Shown: positions 40,231 through 52,547 of the stretch, in pieces
Layout of the letters: each line of letters starts with the position of its first letter
Position numbering within the stretch: position 1 is the stretch's first letter
DNA from: Alphaproteobacteria bacterium
Lineage (GTDB): Bacteria > Pseudomonadota > Alphaproteobacteria > UBA828
Assembly (NCBI GenBank): GCA_965221125.1
Contig: CBDCRW010000005.1
Location: forward strand, 416,001-480,000
Length of the DNA: 64,000 bases
Direction: 5' to 3'
Program-made: the position numbers and the translations under genes
Notes under the pieces: model-generated
The model's input: the letters and a program-made list of their open reading frames with translations, nothing else
The model's database searches: none
Told to the model about the DNA's origin: nothing

Positions 40231-40479
40231 ATGTATTCGCGGATCGACCCTCTTGTTCTGACCTTCGAGGTCGGGGTCGACGACTATCTCGCGACACTTG
40301 CCGCGAAGCATGCTGGACTCGAACGGGCCATTCAGGAAGAAGCCGGAAGACCGGCACCTGACGGACTATCTCTTACCGATCTGAAGCGTCGCAAACTCAA
40401 GGTAAAGGACGAAATAGCAAGACTGCGAACGGAGGCGGCGAGCGCGAACCGTCGTTCAGGCGTTCAAAGTCGGCGTTGA
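40231..40479 (+). CDS. DUF465/YdcH-family small coiled-coil protein
   Basis: LAAKHAGLERAIQEE..RPAPD..LTDLKRRKLKVKDEI pattern; start uncertain. Confidence 0.75.
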   Translation: MYSRIDPLVLTFEVGVDDYLATLAAKHAGLERAIQEEAGRPAPDGLSLTDLKRRKLKVKDEIARLRTEAASANRRSGVQSRR

Positions 40480-40507
40480 CCGCCCGGTCGGCGGCCCGCG
40501 CTGAGCG

Positions 40508-40553
40508 AGCATCCCCATGCCGGAATGGAGAGCATTTCCGGAAGGGGGATGCT
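40508..40553. other. Intergenic hairpin between the DUF465 gene and the M23 peptidase gene
   Basis: agcatcccc...ccggaatg / catttccgg...ggggatgct inverted repeat; no U-tract. Confidence 0.45.
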
Positions 40554-40639
40554 GTCGCCTCGATTGACAGGGAGTGGTCGCGCCTCCAGTGTCGGCAACC
40601 GTTCGCCGCTGTTGCGCTGACGAAACGACGAACGCGTGT

Positions 40640-43600
40640 ATGGTGCAGAGACCTATTCGGGGTAGCAATCGCCAGCCTGGCCGCTGGATCGGCCGGATTG
40701 CGGCGCTCGCGCTGATCGCCCTGTTTGCGGCCAGCTTGCCCGCGCCGGTGCAGACCGCCCTCGCGGCGACGGCGGTCGAGGCCGAGACGGAGCTGGAGAC
40801 CCTGCGCTTCGGTCGCGGCGACAGCCTCTCACTCCTGCTGAGCAGGGCCGGCGTGCGCGCCGTGGACGCCGACAGGATCAGCAAGGCCATCCAGAAGAGG
40901 ACGAACCTGCGGCGCATCGGCATAGGCCGCGAGGTGCGGCTGCTGTTCCGCGCCGACGGCGAGGGCCGGCGCATCCCGGTCGCGGTCAGCGTCGAGACCG
41001 GGAAGGACCGCTACGTCGAGGCGACGCGCGGTGCGAAGGGTCGTTACGCGGCGCACCGCACGGGCGTCCCCCTCACCCGGCCGGTGCCGCTCAGCGAGGT
41101 GGTGCTCGGCCAGGACGGCCTGAAGGTGAAGGTGCGGCGCAACGATACGCTGGGCGGCATTCTCGGCCGCCACGGCGTCGACGGTCCCACGGTCGATGCC
41201 GTCGCACGGGCGCTGCGCGGCAGTTTCGACCCGCGCGACCTCATGCCGGGCCACGCCGTCACGATCGTCGCCGGGCGCGACGCCGGCGGCGCACCCGTTC
41301 TCAACGCCATCGCGCTCCACCTCGACGACGACAAGGCCGTGGCCGTCGTTCGGGGCGAGTCCGGGCGCTTCGCCGCACAGCGCACCACCAGCACGGCGCT
41401 CCGCACCGTGGCGCTCGCGCCCGCCTCCAAGCCGACGTCGGGAGACACCGTAACGCCACCCCGAAAACCGGAGGCCAAGGTTGCCGAGGCCGCCCCTGCC
41501 GACGCCGACCAGCCTCCCGCCGCGGTTGCCACGGCCGCCCCTGCGGACGCCGATCAGCCTCCCGCCGCCGACGAGGCCTACGAAGGCCCGGAGCACCCGG
41601 TAGAGCCCGCGTTGGTGGAGCTTCGCCGCACCTTGCGCACGGGCAGCACCCTGATGGACCTGCTCCTCGGCGCCGACGTGCGGAGACCGGAGGCGGATGC
41701 CCTGGTGCAGAGCCTGCGCCGCGTGTTCAACCCGCGCCGGCTCCCCGCCGGGATCACCGTGCGCGTCATGAAACGGCCGGTGCCGGGTTTCGAGCCGCGC
41801 ATCGTCTGGCTCGACATCGAGCTGCCGAAGGGGCGGCGCATCCTCGTGGAGCGGGGGGAAAAAGGGCGTTTTTCCAGCCGCATCACGAACCAGCCGCCGC
41901 CGCAGCCGCCGGCTCAGCCGCGCGCGGTGGCCGACGCAGCCGCGGCGGACCCCGCCGTCGACGATCCCGCAGCGAGCGCCGAGCCGGTTGCGGCGGAGGC
42001 TCTGCCGCCGTCGGCCACACGCGTCACGGTGCGCTCGGGCGATACCCTGATGGCCATCCTGAGACGCCACGGGATCGACCGCGTGGAGGCGGATCGCGCC
42101 ATTCAGGCGGCCCGCAGCCTGTTCAACCTGAGGCGGCTCAGGATCGGACAGGAAGTCACGCTGGTGACCGGCACCGACGAGACGGGCGCGGACACCCTCA
42201 AGGCGATCGCGTTGCACATCGGCGACGACCGCTACGTCAAGGTTTCGCGCGCTGCCGACAACCACTTCGAAGCCGAGCAGGTGGACCGGCTCGCGTTCGT
42301 GGCGGCCCCGCTCGAGCGGAATGCTGCGGCGAGCACCACGCCGGATGTCGTGAAGCGCCCCGACCGGACCGCCGCCGCGGACCGCGGGCACGTGATGAGC
42401 GCCGCCTTCGTCGCCGCTGCTGCACCGTTCACGGCAGTTCTCCCGGGGCTCGAGCCCCAGGGCGCGGCGGACCCCCACAACGGAGCCGTCAACGGCGTCG
42501 CCACAAGCACCGTCAACGGCGCTTCCATCGGCACTCTCGACGGCATCGCCGGCGCTGCCCTCGAACCCGACGACGGCCTTGTGCGCAAGACCGTGGTCAT
42601 CGGCAGGGGGGACACCCTGTCGGTGGCGTTGACGCGGGCGGGCGGCACGCGCGCGGAGTCGGAGGCGGCAATCGTCGCCTTCCGCAAGGTCCACAATCCA
42701 CGCCGCCTGCGGGTCGGCCAGACGCTCTCCCTCGCGTTCGATCCGGCCGACGAGTCCAACGGCGCTGCGCGTCTGGCCTCGCTCGCCCTCGACGTGGCGG
42801 CGGATCGCGATGTCGTCGTGACGCGCGGCGATGACGGCATTTTCGTGCCGAGCGTGGTCGACCGGCCGCTCGAGCGCATCCTGCGACGGACGGTCGGCAT
42901 GATCGATTCCAATCTCTACGACGCCGCGATCGCCGCGGGCATGCCGAACCAGGTCCTCATGGAGATGGTGCACATCTTCAGCTTCGACGTGGACTTCCAG
43001 CGCGAAATTCAGCACGGCGACCGCTTCGAGGTCCTCTACGAAGCGGTGTTCAACAAGGCCGGCGAGTTCGTGGAGAACGGCCCGATCCTCTACGCCCACC
43101 TCGAGGTCGGCGGGCGCGACGTCGAGCTGTTCCGCTTCCAGCCCGACGAGGGGCCGGCGGACTATCTCGACGCAAAGGGCGCGAGCGTACGCAAGGCCCT
43201 CATGCGCACGCCGATCAACGGCGCCCGGCTCTCATCGGGCTACGGCATGCGCAGGCATCCGATCCTGGGCTACAACAAGAAGCACCTGGGCGTCGATTTC
43301 GCAGCGCCAACGGGCACGCCCATCTACGCCGGGGGCGACGGGACGATCACCATGATCGGCCGTCATGGCAATTACGGAAAATACATCCGCATCCGGCACA
43401 ACGGCACGTACAGCACCGGCTATGCCCACCTCAGCGGCTATGCGAAGGGCATGAAGAAGGGCAAGCGGGTGCGCCAGGGGCAAGTCATCGGCTATGTAGG
43501 CTCCACCGGGATGTCGACCGGGCCGCACCTCCACTACGAGGTGATGCAGGGCAACAAGCGAATCAACCCGATGACGCTCAAGCTCCCCTCCGGCCGCAAG

Positions 43601-43699
43601 CTGAAGGGTCGGGAGCTTGCCGCGTTCCAGCAGCAGGTGCAGAAGATCACGGTGCTGCTCGCCGAGGTGCCGGCCGTCACGCGCGTCGCCCAGCGCTGA
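40640..43699 (+). CDS. Exported M23 peptidoglycan endopeptidase (MepM-like) with five tandem N-terminal LysM/OapA-like modules
   Basis: Signal/TM segment; DVDFQREI middle domain; M23 motifs HLGVDFAAP, YAHLS, STGPHLHYE. Confidence 0.9.
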   Translation: MVQRPIRGSNRQPGRWIGRIAALALIALFAASLPAPVQTALAATAVEAETELETLRFGRGDSLSLLLSRAGVRAVDADRISKAIQKRTNLRRIGIGREVRLLFRADGEGRRIPVAVSVETGKDRYVEATRGAKGRYAAHRTGVPLTRPVPLSEVVLGQDGLKVKVRRNDTLGGILGRHGVDGPTVDAVARALRGSFDPRDLMPGHAVTIVAGRDAGGAPVLNAIALHLDDDKAVAVVRGESGRFAAQRTTSTALRTVALAPASKPTSGDTVTPPRKPEAKVAEAAPADADQPPAAVATAAPADADQPPAADEAYEGPEHPVEPALVELRRTLRTGSTLMDLLLGADVRRPEADALVQSLRRVFNPRRLPAGITVRVMKRPVPGFEPRIVWLDIELPKGRRILVERGEKGRFSSRITNQPPPQPPAQPRAVADAAAADPAVDDPAASAEPVAAEALPPSATRVTVRSGDTLMAILRRHGIDRVEADRAIQAARSLFNLRRLRIGQEVTLVTGTDETGADTLKAIALHIGDDRYVKVSRAADNHFEAEQVDRLAFVAAPLERNAAASTTPDVVKRPDRTAAADRGHVMSAAFVAAAAPFTAVLPGLEPQGAADPHNGAVNGVATSTVNGASIGTLDGIAGAALEPDDGLVRKTVVIGRGDTLSVALTRAGGTRAESEAAIVAFRKVHNPRRLRVGQTLSLAFDPADESNGAARLASLALDVAADRDVVVTRGDDGIFVPSVVDRPLERILRRTVGMIDSNLYDAAIAAGMPNQVLMEMVHIFSFDVDFQREIQHGDRFEVLYEAVFNKAGEFVENGPILYAHLEVGGRDVELFRFQPDEGPADYLDAKGASVRKALMRTPINGARLSSGYGMRRHPILGYNKKHLGVDFAAPTGTPIYAGGDGTITMIGRHGNYGKYIRIRHNGTYSTGYAHLSGYAKGMKKGKRVRQGQVIGYVGSTGMSTGPHLHYEVMQGNKRINPMTLKLPSGRKLKGRELAAFQQQVQKITVLLAEVPAVTRVAQR

Positions 43700-43764
43700 C
43701 CGAATCCTACCGAAGACCGCCCGCCCTCCGCTTTCGCAAGGACTTCGCGCCGCTCCCGTAACCA

Positions 43765-43912
43765 CGGAGCGCGTCCGTCATTGACGGGCGCGCGACAGGC
43801 CGCGACCGCGGCCCGCCGCGTATGCGGCGCCCTCGCGGAGGCGCTGGCCGCAGGCCAGCTGCCGTGAGCGAAAAATGCGTAGAGCGTTTCCGTTCTACAC
43901 GGAAACGCCCTA
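43765..43912 (+). repeat. Dispersed palindromic repeat family A, full copy ending in the clpB stop
   Basis: Family A termini and core. Confidence 0.9.
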
Positions 43913-46513
43913 CGCCGCGCTGGCGAGGGCGCCGGCGTCCTGCCCGTCGATGACAAGGCCGTCCGTGCCGGCCGAAATGCGCACCGTCTCGCCGTCGCCG
44001 AGCCGGCCGGCGATGATGAGCTGGGCCAGCGGGTTCTGCAGGCTGCGCTGGATGACGCGCTTGAGCGGCCGCGCGCCGTACGCCGGGTCGTAGCCCGCCT
44101 CGCCGAGCCAGGCGCGCGCGGCGTCGTCGAGTTCGAGCGTGATCTTGCGCTCGCTCAACCGCTCTGCCAGGCCCGCGATCTGAATGTCGACGATGGCGCC
44201 CATGTGCGCACGGTCCAGCCGGTGGAACAGGATCGTCTCGTCCAGCCGGTTGAGGAACTCCGGCCTGAAGCTTGCCCGCACCAGCTCCATGACGGGCTCG
44301 CGCACCGCGCTTGAGGGCTCGCCCTCGGGCTGCGCCGCCATGATCTCGCCGCCCAGGTTGGACGTCATGATGATCACGCTGTTGCGGAAATCGACCGTCC
44401 GCCCGTGCCCGTCGGTCAGCCGCCCGTCGTCGAGCACCTGCAGCAGCAGGTTGAAGACGTCGCCGTGCGCCTTCTCGATCTCGTCGAACAGGATCACCTG
44501 ATAGGGGCGGCGGCGCACCGCCTCGGTGAGCGTTCCGCCCTCCTCGTAGCCGACGTAGCCGGGCGGCGCACCGATCAGCCGGGCGACGGCGTGCTTTTCC
44601 GTGAACTCCGACATGTCGATGCGGATCATCGCCGCCTCGTCGTCGAAGAGGAACGCCGCCAGCGTCTTGGCAAGCTCGGTCTTGCCGACCCCCGTAGGCC
44701 CGAGGAAGAGGAACGAGCCCGTCGGGCGGTCCGCGTCCTGCAGGCCGGCGCGGGCGCGGCGAACGGCGTTACTCACGGCGACCACCGCCTCCTCCTGCCC
44801 CACCACGCGCTCGCGCAATGAGCGCTCCATGTGCAGCAGCTTCTCGCGCTCGCCCTCCAGCATCTTGTCCACCGGAATGCCGGTCCAGCGCGAGACGACG
44901 CCCGCGATGTGCGACGACCTCACCGCCTCGTCGAGCAGCGGCTCGTGGGCCGCGCTCTCGAGCGCGCCCAGCTCCCGCTCGAGGTCGGGAATGACCCCGT
45001 AGGCGAGCTCGCCCGCCCGCGCGAGGTCGCCGTTCCGCTGCGCGATCTCGAGCGCGCTCCGCGCGGAATCGAGCTTCTCCTTGATCCGCTGTCCGCCGGC
45101 GAGGCGCTCCTTCTCGGCACGCCAGACCGCCGTCTGGTCGGCCGAGCGCTTCTCCAGCGCCGCGAGCTCCTCGCCCAGCCCCTGCAGCCGGTCGCGCGAG
45201 CGCTCGTCGGTCTCCTTCCTCAGCGCCTCCCTCTCGATCTTGAGCTGGATGATGCGCCGGTCGAGCTCGTCGAGTTCTTCGGGCTTGGAATCGATCTCCA
45301 TCCTGAGCCTGCTCGCCGCCTCGTCGACCAGGTCGATCGCCTTGTCGGGCAGGAAGCGATCGGTGATGTAGCGGTTGGAGAGCGCTGCTGCCGAGACGAT
45401 CGCGTTGTCGGTGATGGCAACGCCGTGATGCACTTCGTACTTCTCCTTCAGCCCGCGCAGGATGGACACCGTGTCCTCGACCGTGGGCTCGGACACGTAG
45501 ACCGGCTGGAAGCGCCGCGCCAGCGCCGCGTCCTTCTCCACGTGTTTGCGGTACTCGTCGAGGGTCGTGGCGCCGACGCAGTGCAGCTCGCCCCGGGCAA
45601 GCGCCGGCTTCAGCAGGTTGGAGGCGTCCATCGCGCCCTCGGCCGCGCCGGCGCCGACGAGTGTGTGCAGCTCGTCGATGAACATGACGATCTCGCCCGC
45701 CGCCGCGTTGACCTCGGTCAGCACGGCCTTCAGGCGCTCCTCGAACTCGCCGCGGAACTTGGCGCCGGCCACCATGGCGCCGAGGTCGAGCGCCAGCAGC
45801 CGCTTGTCCCGCAGCGATTCCGGCACGTCGCCGTTGACGATGCGCTGGGCGAGGCCCTCGACGATCGCCGTCTTGCCGACGCCGGGCTCGCCGATGATGA
45901 CCGGGTTGTTCTTCGTCCGCCGCGAGAGCACCTGCATGATGCGGCGGATCTCCTCGTCCCGGCCGATCACCGGGTCCACGGTGCCGCCGCGCGCCGCCTC
46001 CGTCAGGTCGCGCGCATACTTCTTGAGCGCGCCGTAGCCGGATTCGGCGGAGGCGCTGTCCGCCGTCCGTCCCTTGCGCAGGTCGTTGATCGCGGCATTC
46101 AGCGTCTGCGGGCTGACGCCGGCATCGGCCAGGATGCGGGCGGCGGGCGTCCCCTTGGCGAGCGCCAGCGCCAGCAGCAGGCGCTCGGCGGTGACGTAGC
46201 TGTCGCCGGCCTTCTTCGCTATGTCCCCGGCGGAATCGAACAGCCTCGCCGTCTCGGGCGCGAGGTAGATCTGGCCCGCGCCGTCTCCCTCCACCCTCGG
46301 CAGCGCGTCGAGCGCGGCTTCGGTCTTCTCCAGCGCGTCCTCCGGCCGCCCGCCGGCAGCGCGGATGAGATTGGCGGCGAGGCCGTCTGCGTCGTCGAGC
46401 AGGACCTTGAGCAGGTGTTCCGGCGCGAAGCGCTGGTGGCCGCGCCCGAGCGCGAGCCCTTGCGCTGCCTGCACGAGGCCGCGCGAGCGCTCGGTAAACT
46501 TGTCGAAGTCCAT
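43910..46513 (-). CDS. clpB: Chaperone ClpB
   Basis: Two AAA+ modules ([16 protein letters not shown]), M-domain coiled coil, [17 protein letters not shown]. Confidence 0.97.
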   Translation of the reverse strand: MDFDKFTERSRGLVQAAQGLALGRGHQRFAPEHLLKVLLDDADGLAANLIRAAGGRPEDALEKTEAALDALPRVEGDGAGQIYLAPETARLFDSAGDIAKKAGDSYVTAERLLLALALAKGTPAARILADAGVSPQTLNAAINDLRKGRTADSASAESGYGALKKYARDLTEAARGGTVDPVIGRDEEIRRIMQVLSRRTKNNPVIIGEPGVGKTAIVEGLAQRIVNGDVPESLRDKRLLALDLGAMVAGAKFRGEFEERLKAVLTEVNAAAGEIVMFIDELHTLVGAGAAEGAMDASNLLKPALARGELHCVGATTLDEYRKHVEKDAALARRFQPVYVSEPTVEDTVSILRGLKEKYEVHHGVAITDNAIVSAAALSNRYITDRFLPDKAIDLVDEAASRLRMEIDSKPEELDELDRRIIQLKIEREALRKETDERSRDRLQGLGEELAALEKRSADQTAVWRAEKERLAGGQRIKEKLDSARSALEIAQRNGDLARAGELAYGVIPDLERELGALESAAHEPLLDEAVRSSHIAGVVSRWTGIPVDKMLEGEREKLLHMERSLRERVVGQEEAVVAVSNAVRRARAGLQDADRPTGSFLFLGPTGVGKTELAKTLAAFLFDDEAAMIRIDMSEFTEKHAVARLIGAPPGYVGYEEGGTLTEAVRRRPYQVILFDEIEKAHGDVFNLLLQVLDDGRLTDGHGRTVDFRNSVIIMTSNLGGEIMAAQPEGEPSSAVREPVMELVRASFRPEFLNRLDETILFHRLDRAHMGAIVDIQIAGLAERLSERKITLELDDAARAWLGEAGYDPAYGARPLKRVIQRSLQNPLAQLIIAGRLGDGETVRISAGTDGLVIDGQDAGALASAA

Positions 46514-46622
46514 GTGCCCTCCCTCGCTGGCCATCCGCCGCCGAGAGCCGAACGCGGTCGCGCTCTCATGGCCTCAAGCGAGGCCCGCTTGCGGATGCCG
46601 GGTCTGCGAGCAACCGCACCCT

Positions 46623-46650
46623 ATATGGGGTCGTGCGGCAGCCCGGCAAG
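46623..46650 (-). promoter_or_regulatory. Putative RpoH (sigma32) promoter of clpB
   Basis: Minus strand CTTGCC-N14-CCCCATAT, matching the CTTGAA-N13/15-CCCCATNT consensus, about 110 bp upstream of clpB. Confidence 0.7.
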
Positions 46651-46713
46651 GGCGCGGCGCCCGCAAGCGCCGCTCGGAGGACTGGGATAAGGCCGCGTCG
46701 GCGACACCCCCTC

Positions 46714-47157
46714 TCAGGAGGGCTGGGGCGCGCGCTGCTCTGCCGGCGCCGGCGCGTCTTCGCTCGCCACCGCCTGGGGCTTGGGCTCGGCGGCCGCGGC
46801 TTGCGGCTGCTCTCCGCCCGGCTGCTGCTCGGGCTCGACCCGCGGTTGCGATTGCTGCTGCTGGGGCTGTTGATTCTGCGGGCGCTGGCCCCGCTGATCC
46901 CAGCCGTTGGCGGCAACCACGCGGTAATAATGCTCGGCGTGCTGGAAGAAGTTTTCGGCGCCGATACGGTCTCCCGCCGACAGCGCGTCCTGCGCTAGGG
47001 CCTGGTATTTCTCGATCACCTGGAAGGCGGTTCCGCGGATCTTTCCCTCCGGCCCATTGCTCTCGAAGGTCGAGCCGCGCCCGTGAAAACCGGGGCGCCG
47101 TCCGTTGCCTCTATACCCGCGTGGGCGTTTGTTGTTTGGACCCTTCATACCGCGCAC
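46714..47157 (-). CDS. DUF4167-domain protein
   Basis: FESNGPEGKIRGTAFQVIEKYQALAQDA..AENFFQHAEHYYR; conserved between prmC and clpB. Confidence 0.88.
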   Translation of the reverse strand: MRGMKGPNNKRPRGYRGNGRRPGFHGRGSTFESNGPEGKIRGTAFQVIEKYQALAQDALSAGDRIGAENFFQHAEHYYRVVAANGWDQRGQRPQNQQPQQQQSQPRVEPEQQPGGEQPQAAAAEPKPQAVASEDAPAPAEQRAPQPS

Positions 47158-47364
47158 CTTCCGACCTAACTTGCGTCCACGCGCCGCGTTCCGACTGCGT
47201 TGCGTCCGGAAACGCCTGCCAGCTTCTATCGCTGAGGAACTCTGCGAGACCGTCTAACCGGTCAAGTATCGCGAGTCCCGCCGACCCTAACCATGATCGC
47301 GGAGTTTGCAACCTCTTTTTTGCATACCGGCATGTTTCGGCAGCAGAAAAACATGCCTCTCGAA

Positions 47365-48236
47365 TCATAACGCGGCACAGGCTGCGCGGGCGAACAATGC
47401 GCAGCGATCGATGTCCGCTAGATCGCGGCGACGCTCGATCTCCGCGAGTCCCTCCGCAGCAAACAATGAAGCGACTTCATCCGCCATCCCGGCGCCGACT
47501 TCGATTGCAGCCAGCCCCGCCGGCGCCAGCAGGCGCGCAACTTGCGGCGCGAGCCGACGGTAGCACGCGTATCCGTCCGCCCCGCCGGCAAGCGCCGTCT
47601 GCGGCTCGTGAGAGACGATCTCAGGCGCTAGCGATGCCAGCGCCTCGGCCGCCACGTAGGGCGGATTACTGACCACGACGTCGAAGCGCGCGGCGAGCGG
47701 CGCGCCCCAGTCGGCGACGATGAACGAGGCACGCCCGTCGAGGCCGTGGCGGGCCGCGTTGGCCCGCGCCAGGGAGACGGCGGCGGCGCTGATATCGATG
47801 CCGAGCCCGGTCGCACTGTGAAGCTCGCTCAGGAGGGCGACCAGCAGGCAGCCCGAGCCGGTGCCGAGATCCAGCAGGCGCGGGCGGGGCGGGAGGTGCG
47901 CCGCCCGTGCCAGCACCGCCTCGACCACGGTCTCGGTCTCGGGCCGCGGCACCAGCGCAGAGCGGTCGACGGCGAACGCGAGGCTCCAGAATTCGCGAAC
48001 GCCCGTGACGTAGGCGAGCGGCTCGCGCCCGGCCCGGCGGCGGACGAGCGCCGCGAGCCGCCTAGCCTCGGCGTCGTCGAGCGGGCGGTCGTCGCCGGCG
48101 AGAAGGGCCTCGGGCCGGAGCCCGAGCGCATGCTGCATCAGCAGGCGTGCCTCGCGCCGGGGCGCGTCGATGCCGGCCGCGCGCAGCGTCGCCGCCGCAG
48201 AACCGAGCGCCGCGGCCACGCGCGCAGCGCCACCGC

Positions 48237-48240
<4 letters not shown>
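47365..48240 (-). CDS. prmC: Release factor glutamine methyltransferase
   Basis: [30 protein letters not shown]. Confidence 0.95.
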
Positions 48241-49318
<1,078 letters not shown>

Positions 49319-49322
<4 letters not shown>

Positions 49323-50581
49323 CGAGGGGGCGCGTAGCGGGCGAGGTGTTCGCTGAGCGCGTCCTCCGCCGTCTCGACCTGTTCGCCGCTGTCGAGATCG
49401 CGGACCGTCGCCGTCCCGCGCTCCATTTCGTCATCGCCCAGGATGATCGCCGCCGCCGCGCCCGCCTGGTTGGCCCGCTTCATGCGCTTGGACAACGTGC
49501 CGCGATAGGTGAGGTCCACCGTGAAGCCCTCGTGCCGCAACCGCTGCGCAAGCCCGAGCGCCGCGGCCTCCGCCCGCGCGCCAAGCGGCACGATGGCGAT
49601 GGGGCGAGGCGCAGCCTCCACCGCGCCCCCTTCGGCCACCAGCGCGGCCAGGCGCTCGATCCCGCCAGCCCAGCCGACACCGGGTGTCGCCGGCCCGCCC
49701 ATGGTCTCGATCAGGCCGTCGTAGCGGCCACCGGCCAGCACGGCGCCCTGGGCGCCAAGCGCCTCGGTCGTGAACTCGAATGCCGTGTGGCAGTAGTAAT
49801 CGAGGCCGCGCACGAGGCGCGCGTTGCGGGTGAAGGCGACGCCGATCCCGGCCAGCCCGTCGCACACCGCATCGAAGAAGGCCGCGGCATCCGGGCTCAG
49901 GTGGGCATCGATCACGGGCGCGTCGGCCAGCACCGCGCGGTCGCCCTCGTCCTTGGAATCGAGAACGCGCAGAGGATTGCGCCGGAGCCGCTCCCTGCTC
50001 TCCTCCGAGAGCGCATCCTCGTTGGCCTCGAGGTGGGCGACGAGCGCAGAGCGGTAGGCGCGCCGGCTCGCCTCGTCGGCCAGCGTGTTGATCTCGAGCG
50101 TGACCCGGTCGAGCACGCCGAGCGCATCCAGCAGGTGCGCGCCGAGCGCGATCACCTCGATGTCCGCCAGCGGCTCAGGAGCGCCGATCAGCTCGACGCC
50201 GATCTGGTGGAACTGGCGGAGTCTGCCCTTCTGCGGCCGCTCGTAGCGGAACATCGGCCCTGCGTAGAAGCACTTGAAGGGCCGGCGCTCGCCCAGGGTG
50301 CCGCCGATCACCGCGCGCGCCACGCCCGCCGTGTTCTCCGGCCGGAGCGTGAGCTCCGAGCCGCCGCGGTCGGCAAAGGTGTACATCTCCTTGGTCACGA
50401 TGTCCGAGGTGTCGCCCAGCGTGCGACGGAACACGTCGCTGAACTCGAAGATCGGCGTCGCTACCTCGGCGAAGCCGTAGCGGGCGGCGAGCGTGCGCGC
50501 GTGCTCGACCACGTGACGGTGGCGGCGCATTTCGTCTGCCGCGAGGTCGTGCGTTCCACGAACCGGCTGGATCTTGCGCAC
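49319..50581 (-). CDS. hisS: Histidine--tRNA ligase
   Basis: [47 protein letters not shown]. Confidence 0.96.
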
Positions 50582-50686
50582 TGTTCGGGTTCCCGAGCGG
50601 TGCCGGCCCATGTGCCGGCGTGACGGCGGCGGGTTTAGTGACTCAATTCGGCGGCCCCCGCAAGCGGCGGCGGACGCCGCGCGCGC

Positions 50687-52294
50687 CTACCCGCTGGTGG
50701 CGGTCCCGGCCAGGAGGCGATCGGGGTCGAGCGCGATATTCCGCAAGACCACGCCGAGCGGCCCGAGGGTGGGCGCGATCGCGTCATCGACCGTGACTTC
50801 GAGCCCGCCGGCATTGCCGGTCACCATGAGGAGACCGGGCCGGTCGGGCACCCGGTAGGAATCGCCCGCGTGCAGGATCCGGGTCAGCAGCAGCTCGTTG
50901 TCCGGGCCCATGATCTGAACCCAGCTGTCGTCGACCGCGGTGATGACCACGCGGGCATCCAGATTGGTCCGCCCGTAGACCTTGGGAACATAGTCGGCTT
51001 CCACCGCCGGCAGGGTCGGCTCTTCCGTCGCGGCCGATGACGACGCGCCGGCGGGCACGGACGCGACCTCTTCCACGACGGCGGTATCGGTGGTTGCGGT
51101 CTCGGTGACGGCGGCGGGGTCCGTGGACCCGCCAGGCTCGGAAACGGCGGCTGCGGCCGTCTCCTCGGCGCTGCTCGTGCTGCCGGTCGAACTGCTCGCT
51201 CCCCCGACCTCCGCAACCGCAAAATCGAGCGGCGATGCGATCTCCGGGCTCGCATCCGAAATTTCCACTTCTGCGACTTGCGGCTCGCTCGGCGGGGCCT
51301 CCACGGCCACATCGGCCGGCTGTGCGGTCTCGGCCGGCGCGTCGGCAATATCGGTCGCGGCCTCGACACTGGCGGGCGGCGCATCGAGCGCGGCGACGTC
51401 CGTCGCCCCCTCCGGCCCCGCCTCATCCCACACCTCGGCCGCCGGTATGAGGCCTTCCTCCGCGTCGTCGGTCGGGGCGGAGGCCACGTCCGCGGTGACC
51501 GCCGGTGCCGGTTCTTCCTGCCGCGGCGCCGCCGGCGCTGGGGCGGTCTCCGCCTGATCCTGCGCCCCGGACGCAAGCTCCGGCTCCACCGGGCCCGGCA
51601 CGTCCGCCACGATTGGCGCGGTGGCCGTCTCCGCCACGGTCTCCTCCGCGGGAGCAGCGGCGGTCTCTTCGGTCGCCACGACCGCGCCCTGCGTGGCGCT
51701 TGTAGCGGCAGCCGCCTCAGGCGCTGCGCCTTCGCCCGCAGCACCCCCCACTGCCACGTCCGTCTCGCCCAGGCCGACCGCCTCGGTCAGCCGGGTGGAG
51801 ACATCGTCGACCAGGTCCGTCGCGATCTGGCCGCCGGTCGACTGGTACTGCCAGCCGCCGTAGGCGAGGCCCGTAAGCACGAGGACGAGGAGGATCAGCC
51901 AGAACTTCGGCTTGGGGCTTGAATCGCTCGGCGACGGGAAGGCAAGACGATGTTCCTTCGTGTCGAGGCCCTGCTCGCGCTTGAAGGCCTCGACCATCTC
52001 GTCCGGGTCGAGCCCGAGAAAGCCCGCGTAGCTCCGCAGGAAGCCGATCGTGTAGGTGGTGCCGGGAATCCGGTCGAAGCGCCCCAGCTCCAGCGCCTCG
52101 AGGTAGTGCTCCTGAATGCGCAGCACGTGGGCGGCGTCGGCCACGCTGTAGCCGCCCCGCTGCCTCGCTTCGCGTAACTCGTCGCAGAAGCTCGGGACGG
52201 CGCGCTGGTCGCCGCCGCCCGTCTCGTGAACGAGCCGCGGCCCTGCCAGATCAGGCTCGGCTGCCTCTAGCGGCATCCGTAGAGGTTCCTTCAT
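50687..52294 (-). CDS. rodZ: RodZ-like protein (HTH, transmembrane segment, long acidic linker, DUF4115)
   Basis: LREARQ..AAHVLRIQEHYLEALE..GFLRSYAGFLGLD; TM segment; C-terminal DSWVQI..TGNAGGL; start uncertain. Confidence 0.85.
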   Translation of the reverse strand: MKEPLRMPLEAAEPDLAGPRLVHETGGGDQRAVPSFCDELREARQRGGYSVADAAHVLRIQEHYLEALELGRFDRIPGTTYTIGFLRSYAGFLGLDPDEMVEAFKREQGLDTKEHRLAFPSPSDSSPKPKFWLILLVLVLTGLAYGGWQYQSTGGQIATDLVDDVSTRLTEAVGLGETDVAVGGAAGEGAAPEAAAATSATQGAVVATEETAAAPAEETVAETATAPIVADVPGPVEPELASGAQDQAETAPAPAAPRQEEPAPAVTADVASAPTDDAEEGLIPAAEVWDEAGPEGATDVAALDAPPASVEAATDIADAPAETAQPADVAVEAPPSEPQVAEVEISDASPEIASPLDFAVAEVGGASSSTGSTSSAEETAAAAVSEPGGSTDPAAVTETATTDTAVVEEVASVPAGASSSAATEEPTLPAVEADYVPKVYGRTNLDARVVITAVDDSWVQIMGPDNELLLTRILHAGDSYRVPDRPGLLMVTGNAGGLEVTVDDAIAPTLGPLGVVLRNIALDPDRLLAGTATSG

Positions 52295-52547
52295 GACTCG
52301 CGTCCTGCAACCGCGAGCCCGCACGCCACCCTCCCTGCCGGCGTTGCGCGCTCAGGCACCCAATTGCGATCCTCAGACTCGCTCCACTGTGTACACGTGC
52401 CGCCTCCTCACTTCGCCAGTTATGAGACCGGCGTTTCAAAGACCGCGACCCGATCAGCCGTCCCCCGATGCTAACAGTTAGGAACAGTTACTTTATCATC
52501 GGCTGCCAGCGCACGCAAACGTTCACTTATGAAGACTGTGACTGTCG

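Noticed and set aside
39900-40640. Lower-GC stretch as a horizontally acquired island or ncRNA
   Set aside because: It contains a normal DUF465 gene and promoter-type sequence; no mobility genes, boundary repeats or recognisable RNA family.
52251-52547. Possible ptsP pseudogene remnant
   Set aside because: The short ORFs here show no recognisable enzyme I motifs; more likely the rodZ promoter region.
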